From assembly GCA_030615265.1 (NCBI GenBank), contig JAUWZP010000002.1:1-55301 (forward strand): a stretch of DNA of 55,301 bases. Reading direction: 5' to 3'. The stretch is from Candidatus Bathyarchaeota archaeon (GTDB lineage: Archaea > Thermoproteota > Bathyarchaeia > Bathyarchaeales > Bathyarchaeaceae). Shown one piece after another: positions 52,991-55,301 of the stretch. A program made the translations under genes and the position numbers. Each line of letters opens with the position of its first letter. Positions within the stretch are counted from its first letter, which is position 1. Below the pieces are notes generated by a model that had not been told where the DNA came from, ran no database searches, and saw only the letters and a list, made by a program, of their open reading frames with translations.

Positions 52991-54241
52991 TTACTTTTTT
53001 CCTCTTTGTTTCTTTCCGTTTAGTATTTGGAGGAAGATTTCTACGTTTGTTTTGGCTTGAGTTTCATTGAAGCTTCTCCGGTCTGAAGAGTCCGCGTCAA
53101 GTATGAGACTCGGCACTCCAAGCTTCTTGTTAATTGTGTCTTTCACTATTGTTTCGCCTATGGACATCATTCTGCAGCCCCAGTTGGTTGGCAAGATTAC
53201 GCCGTCAGCCTTGAAATCCTTCACGAGATCTTCTATCATGTCGATTTTTCTGTCTATGCTGCAGTTTGCAAAGTTTGGCAAATACTTCTTGGCTAGGCTC
53301 TCTAAAGGCTTAGAAGGATCCAGCCTTCCCATCCAAACATGAGAGAACGTTTCAGCGACAACAACCGCGCCTAAACCGTTGAGGTATCTGAAGAAATTGA
53401 GGTCAAACCAAAGCGGCAAGTTATCCCAAACCAGCCGGTACTTCTCATTTTCTATTATGCCAAACCTGCTTTCTGCTCGTGCCTTAACTTCGTCGCGCAA
53501 CTTCTCATAAAAGTCAACCGCCATCTGAGTGCCCGGAACACAAAGCATAAAGAAAACAGCGGAAAATGCATCCCGAGCATCCATAGGCGAAGGAATTGTC
53601 TTCCGATAGTCTTGTATTTCCATCCAAAGTTGGCTTGTGCGGTCAGAGAGAGCAATTATTTCTCTTAGCCTGTCTCTATCAATTCTTGTGCCAGTTTGCT
53701 TCTCCAAAAAGTCAATTAGCTCTTCCAGCCGTGAAACATAAAATTCCATGTGCGCCCTTTCAAGATGCTCCGAGTCTGCACCCCCTATGTTGTATGGCAC
53801 GTCTAAGAGAAATAATGGGACCTCAAAGTGTCGACTAACAAACTGAAACCACTTAAAATGGGTGTCACAAGCGCCCGTTGAAGCAACAAGAAAATCAGGC
53901 TTAGGCATGCCTCCTTCCGGCAAGTCATCTTCTTTCTCAAAAAGCGACCCAATCACGCATCTTGCATAAGAGCAGAGATCTTTAGAGAATCCTTTGCCCT
54001 CAGCAACTTCACAGAGCCTTACTGAAACTTGTCTCGCAGCGCAAAGGGAAGCGTAGTTTTCAGGCCAAACTGGAAAAACATCCATGGCAAGCAGCATCTC
54101 AACAGGAAACGTTGAAGCAACCCATGCAACTGGTTTTCCGTCAGCTTTGGCTTTGTGAGCGTCTTCGTAAGACTTCTTCACGTAGCTTCTGTAAAAACCC
54201 CTTAATGTCTGCAGCCTTCTTTCTGGTTTAGCTTCTGCCAT
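52991..54241 (-). CDS. 2-hydroxyacyl-CoA dehydratase / benzoyl-CoA reductase family subunit (HgdB/BcrC-like)
   Basis: GKPVAWVASTFPVEMLLAMDVFPVWPENYA, CSYARC. ATG 54241 lies 2 nt after the upstream gene's stop. The ORF track start at 54325 is probably too long. Confidence 0.8.
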   Translation of the reverse strand: MAEAKPERRLQTLRGFYRSYVKKSYEDAHKAKADGKPVAWVASTFPVEMLLAMDVFPVWPENYASLCAARQVSVRLCEVAEGKGFSKDLCSYARCVIGSLFEKEDDLPEGGMPKPDFLVASTGACDTHFKWFQFVSRHFEVPLFLLDVPYNIGGADSEHLERAHMEFYVSRLEELIDFLEKQTGTRIDRDRLREIIALSDRTSQLWMEIQDYRKTIPSPMDARDAFSAVFFMLCVPGTQMAVDFYEKLRDEVKARAESRFGIIENEKYRLVWDNLPLWFDLNFFRYLNGLGAVVVAETFSHVWMGRLDPSKPLESLAKKYLPNFANCSIDRKIDMIEDLVKDFKADGVILPTNWGCRMMSIGETIVKDTINKKLGVPSLILDADSSDRRSFNETQAKTNVEIFLQILNGKKQRGKK

Positions 54242-54243
54242 GA

Positions 54244-55301
54244 CTATTCTACACCTCTCACCATCTCTATGAAGGCTTCTATCCTCGTCTTCAACTGAGC
54301 TAAACCGCTCAGAGAATGCTCCCACTCAAGGTGGAAAACGGGCAAACCCATAGCTTTCAACTCCTCCATAAGTTGGGGAGCATCAAACATATGAGTGTCA
54401 CAAAACTTCAAAACAAAAATTATCGCCGCCTCAACATCAAACTGCTTCGCCATCTCGACAGTGTGCTTAAACCTTTCTTCCTGCTCCAACATGAAAGAAG
54501 ACGGAATCTTACCTAGATATCTCTTAGCAATTGCCCGCAATGGATCACTGTCAGAATCCACGAGGTCCCAAAAATACCTGGATCCAGTACACCAATCATC
54601 AGCAACAACGCTGCCGCCCACAGCCTCAACAACCTTGAGCAGCTCTGAGTTATCCATGACGCTTCCAGAAACAAGCAGTCTCACGCCGCCTTTAGGCAGG
54701 TCAGCTCGACTGGAAACCTCAGCGAGCAGATGGTTCAGCAACTTATTGTGCTCCTCTTTTGGCGCCACCATGCTGGAAAGAACAATCTCTAATGCTTCAA
54801 CTCCAGAAATCAACGGGGGCTTCTTCCGTCTCATATCATAAACTTTTCTCAAAAGAAGCCTGTTCTCATTGTAAACTTGAATCGCATTCTTCAGCTCGGC
54901 GTCAGAGATATTTTTCCCGAAAGCCTTTTCCAAGGAAGCCTTAAGCCTCAAAATTTCTTCATAAAAGAAGTTGTGCGCCCTTTCGGTTCTTGTGTGCGGA
55001 GTGTTTATGAAGTGTATATACGGAATTTTAACATGGTATCTCCACATGTCAAAGATCTTGTCACGGTTGTCACAGCTGCTTGACGCAACAAAACCATCGA
55101 GATAGTTATAGTCTCCTTTCAGAGCTAAGTTGAAACAGCCACGGGAAAAAGAGCAAGTGTTAACTGGCAAGTAGACATCAGCCAGTTTTGTGCTTTCAAC
55201 ATCTCCAAAAACCATAACTGGCAAAGCATTCACCGCGTAAAAGAGTTCTTCAGGCGTGTAGGTGCAACTCCAGCCGATCACATGTTTGCCTTTGGCTTTC
55301 C
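54244..55301 (-). CDS. 2-hydroxyacyl-CoA dehydratase family subunit (HgdA-like), 5'-partial at window edge
   Basis: VIGWSCTYTPEELFYAVNALPV, CSFSRGC, FVLKFCDTHMFD. The frame stays open to position 55301 (..KAKGKHVIGW), so the start is outside the window. Confidence 0.8.
   Translation of the reverse strand, partial: KAKGKHVIGWSCTYTPEELFYAVNALPVMVFGDVESTKLADVYLPVNTCSFSRGCFNLALKGDYNYLDGFVASSSCDNRDKIFDMWRYHVKIPYIHFINTPHTRTERAHNFFYEEILRLKASLEKAFGKNISDAELKNAIQVYNENRLLLRKVYDMRRKKPPLISGVEALEIVLSSMVAPKEEHNKLLNHLLAEVSSRADLPKGGVRLLVSGSVMDNSELLKVVEAVGGSVVADDWCTGSRYFWDLVDSDSDPLRAIAKRYLGKIPSSFMLEQEERFKHTVEMAKQFDVEAAIIFVLKFCDTHMFDAPQLMEELKAMGLPVFHLEWEHSLSGLAQLKTRIEAFIEMVRGVE

Overview
This is an archaeal chromosomal segment. 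TFB, Gar1, SRP19, ribosomal protein S8e, aIF2-beta, RIO kinase, Topo VI B/A and the AglB oligosaccharyltransferase are all recognisable. A tRNA with a non-canonical intron hints at an uncultured Thermoproteota/Bathyarchaeia-like lineage, but that is inference only.

Layout:
- 0-5.5 kb: miscellaneous genes (PadR regulator, metallophosphoesterase, FKBP, CinA-like).
- 5.5-17.4 kb: nucleotide-sugar and N-glycosylation cluster ending in aglB.
- 17.5-21.7 kb: RHH-sat-AP-superfamily-cysC-TauE sulfate-activation operon behind a 24-bp perfect palindrome.
- 22-33.6 kb: information-processing genes ending in top6B-top6A.
- 33.6-41.9 kb: a visibly AT-rich integrated element with an intact tyrosine integrase.
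- 42-46.4 kb: a patch of partly degraded genes and an intron-containing tRNA-Ser.
- 46.5-55.3 kb: a beta-oxidation-like / 2-hydroxyacyl-CoA dehydratase cluster.

The most unusual content is inside the element. A 622-aa protein has a C-terminal half that carries the 5Y-CAP and Toprim signature blocks of Spo11/Topo VI-A, and these align by eye to the host Top6A encoded 2.2 kb away. It has a ~330-aa N-terminal extension with a PD-(D/E)xK-like motif. The gene is convergent with an AbiJ/HEPN-like gene, and the pair is bracketed by a perfect 16-bp inverted repeat with a 14-bp ATGCAT-type palindrome between the two stop codons.

Several gene remnants are visible: an hppA 3' fragment, a response-regulator fragment, a frameshifted ABC-2 permease, and a DUF354 gene with tandem in-frame stops. 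No CRISPR array or rRNA was seen. All family calls rest on motif recognition by eye. No searches or computations were run.
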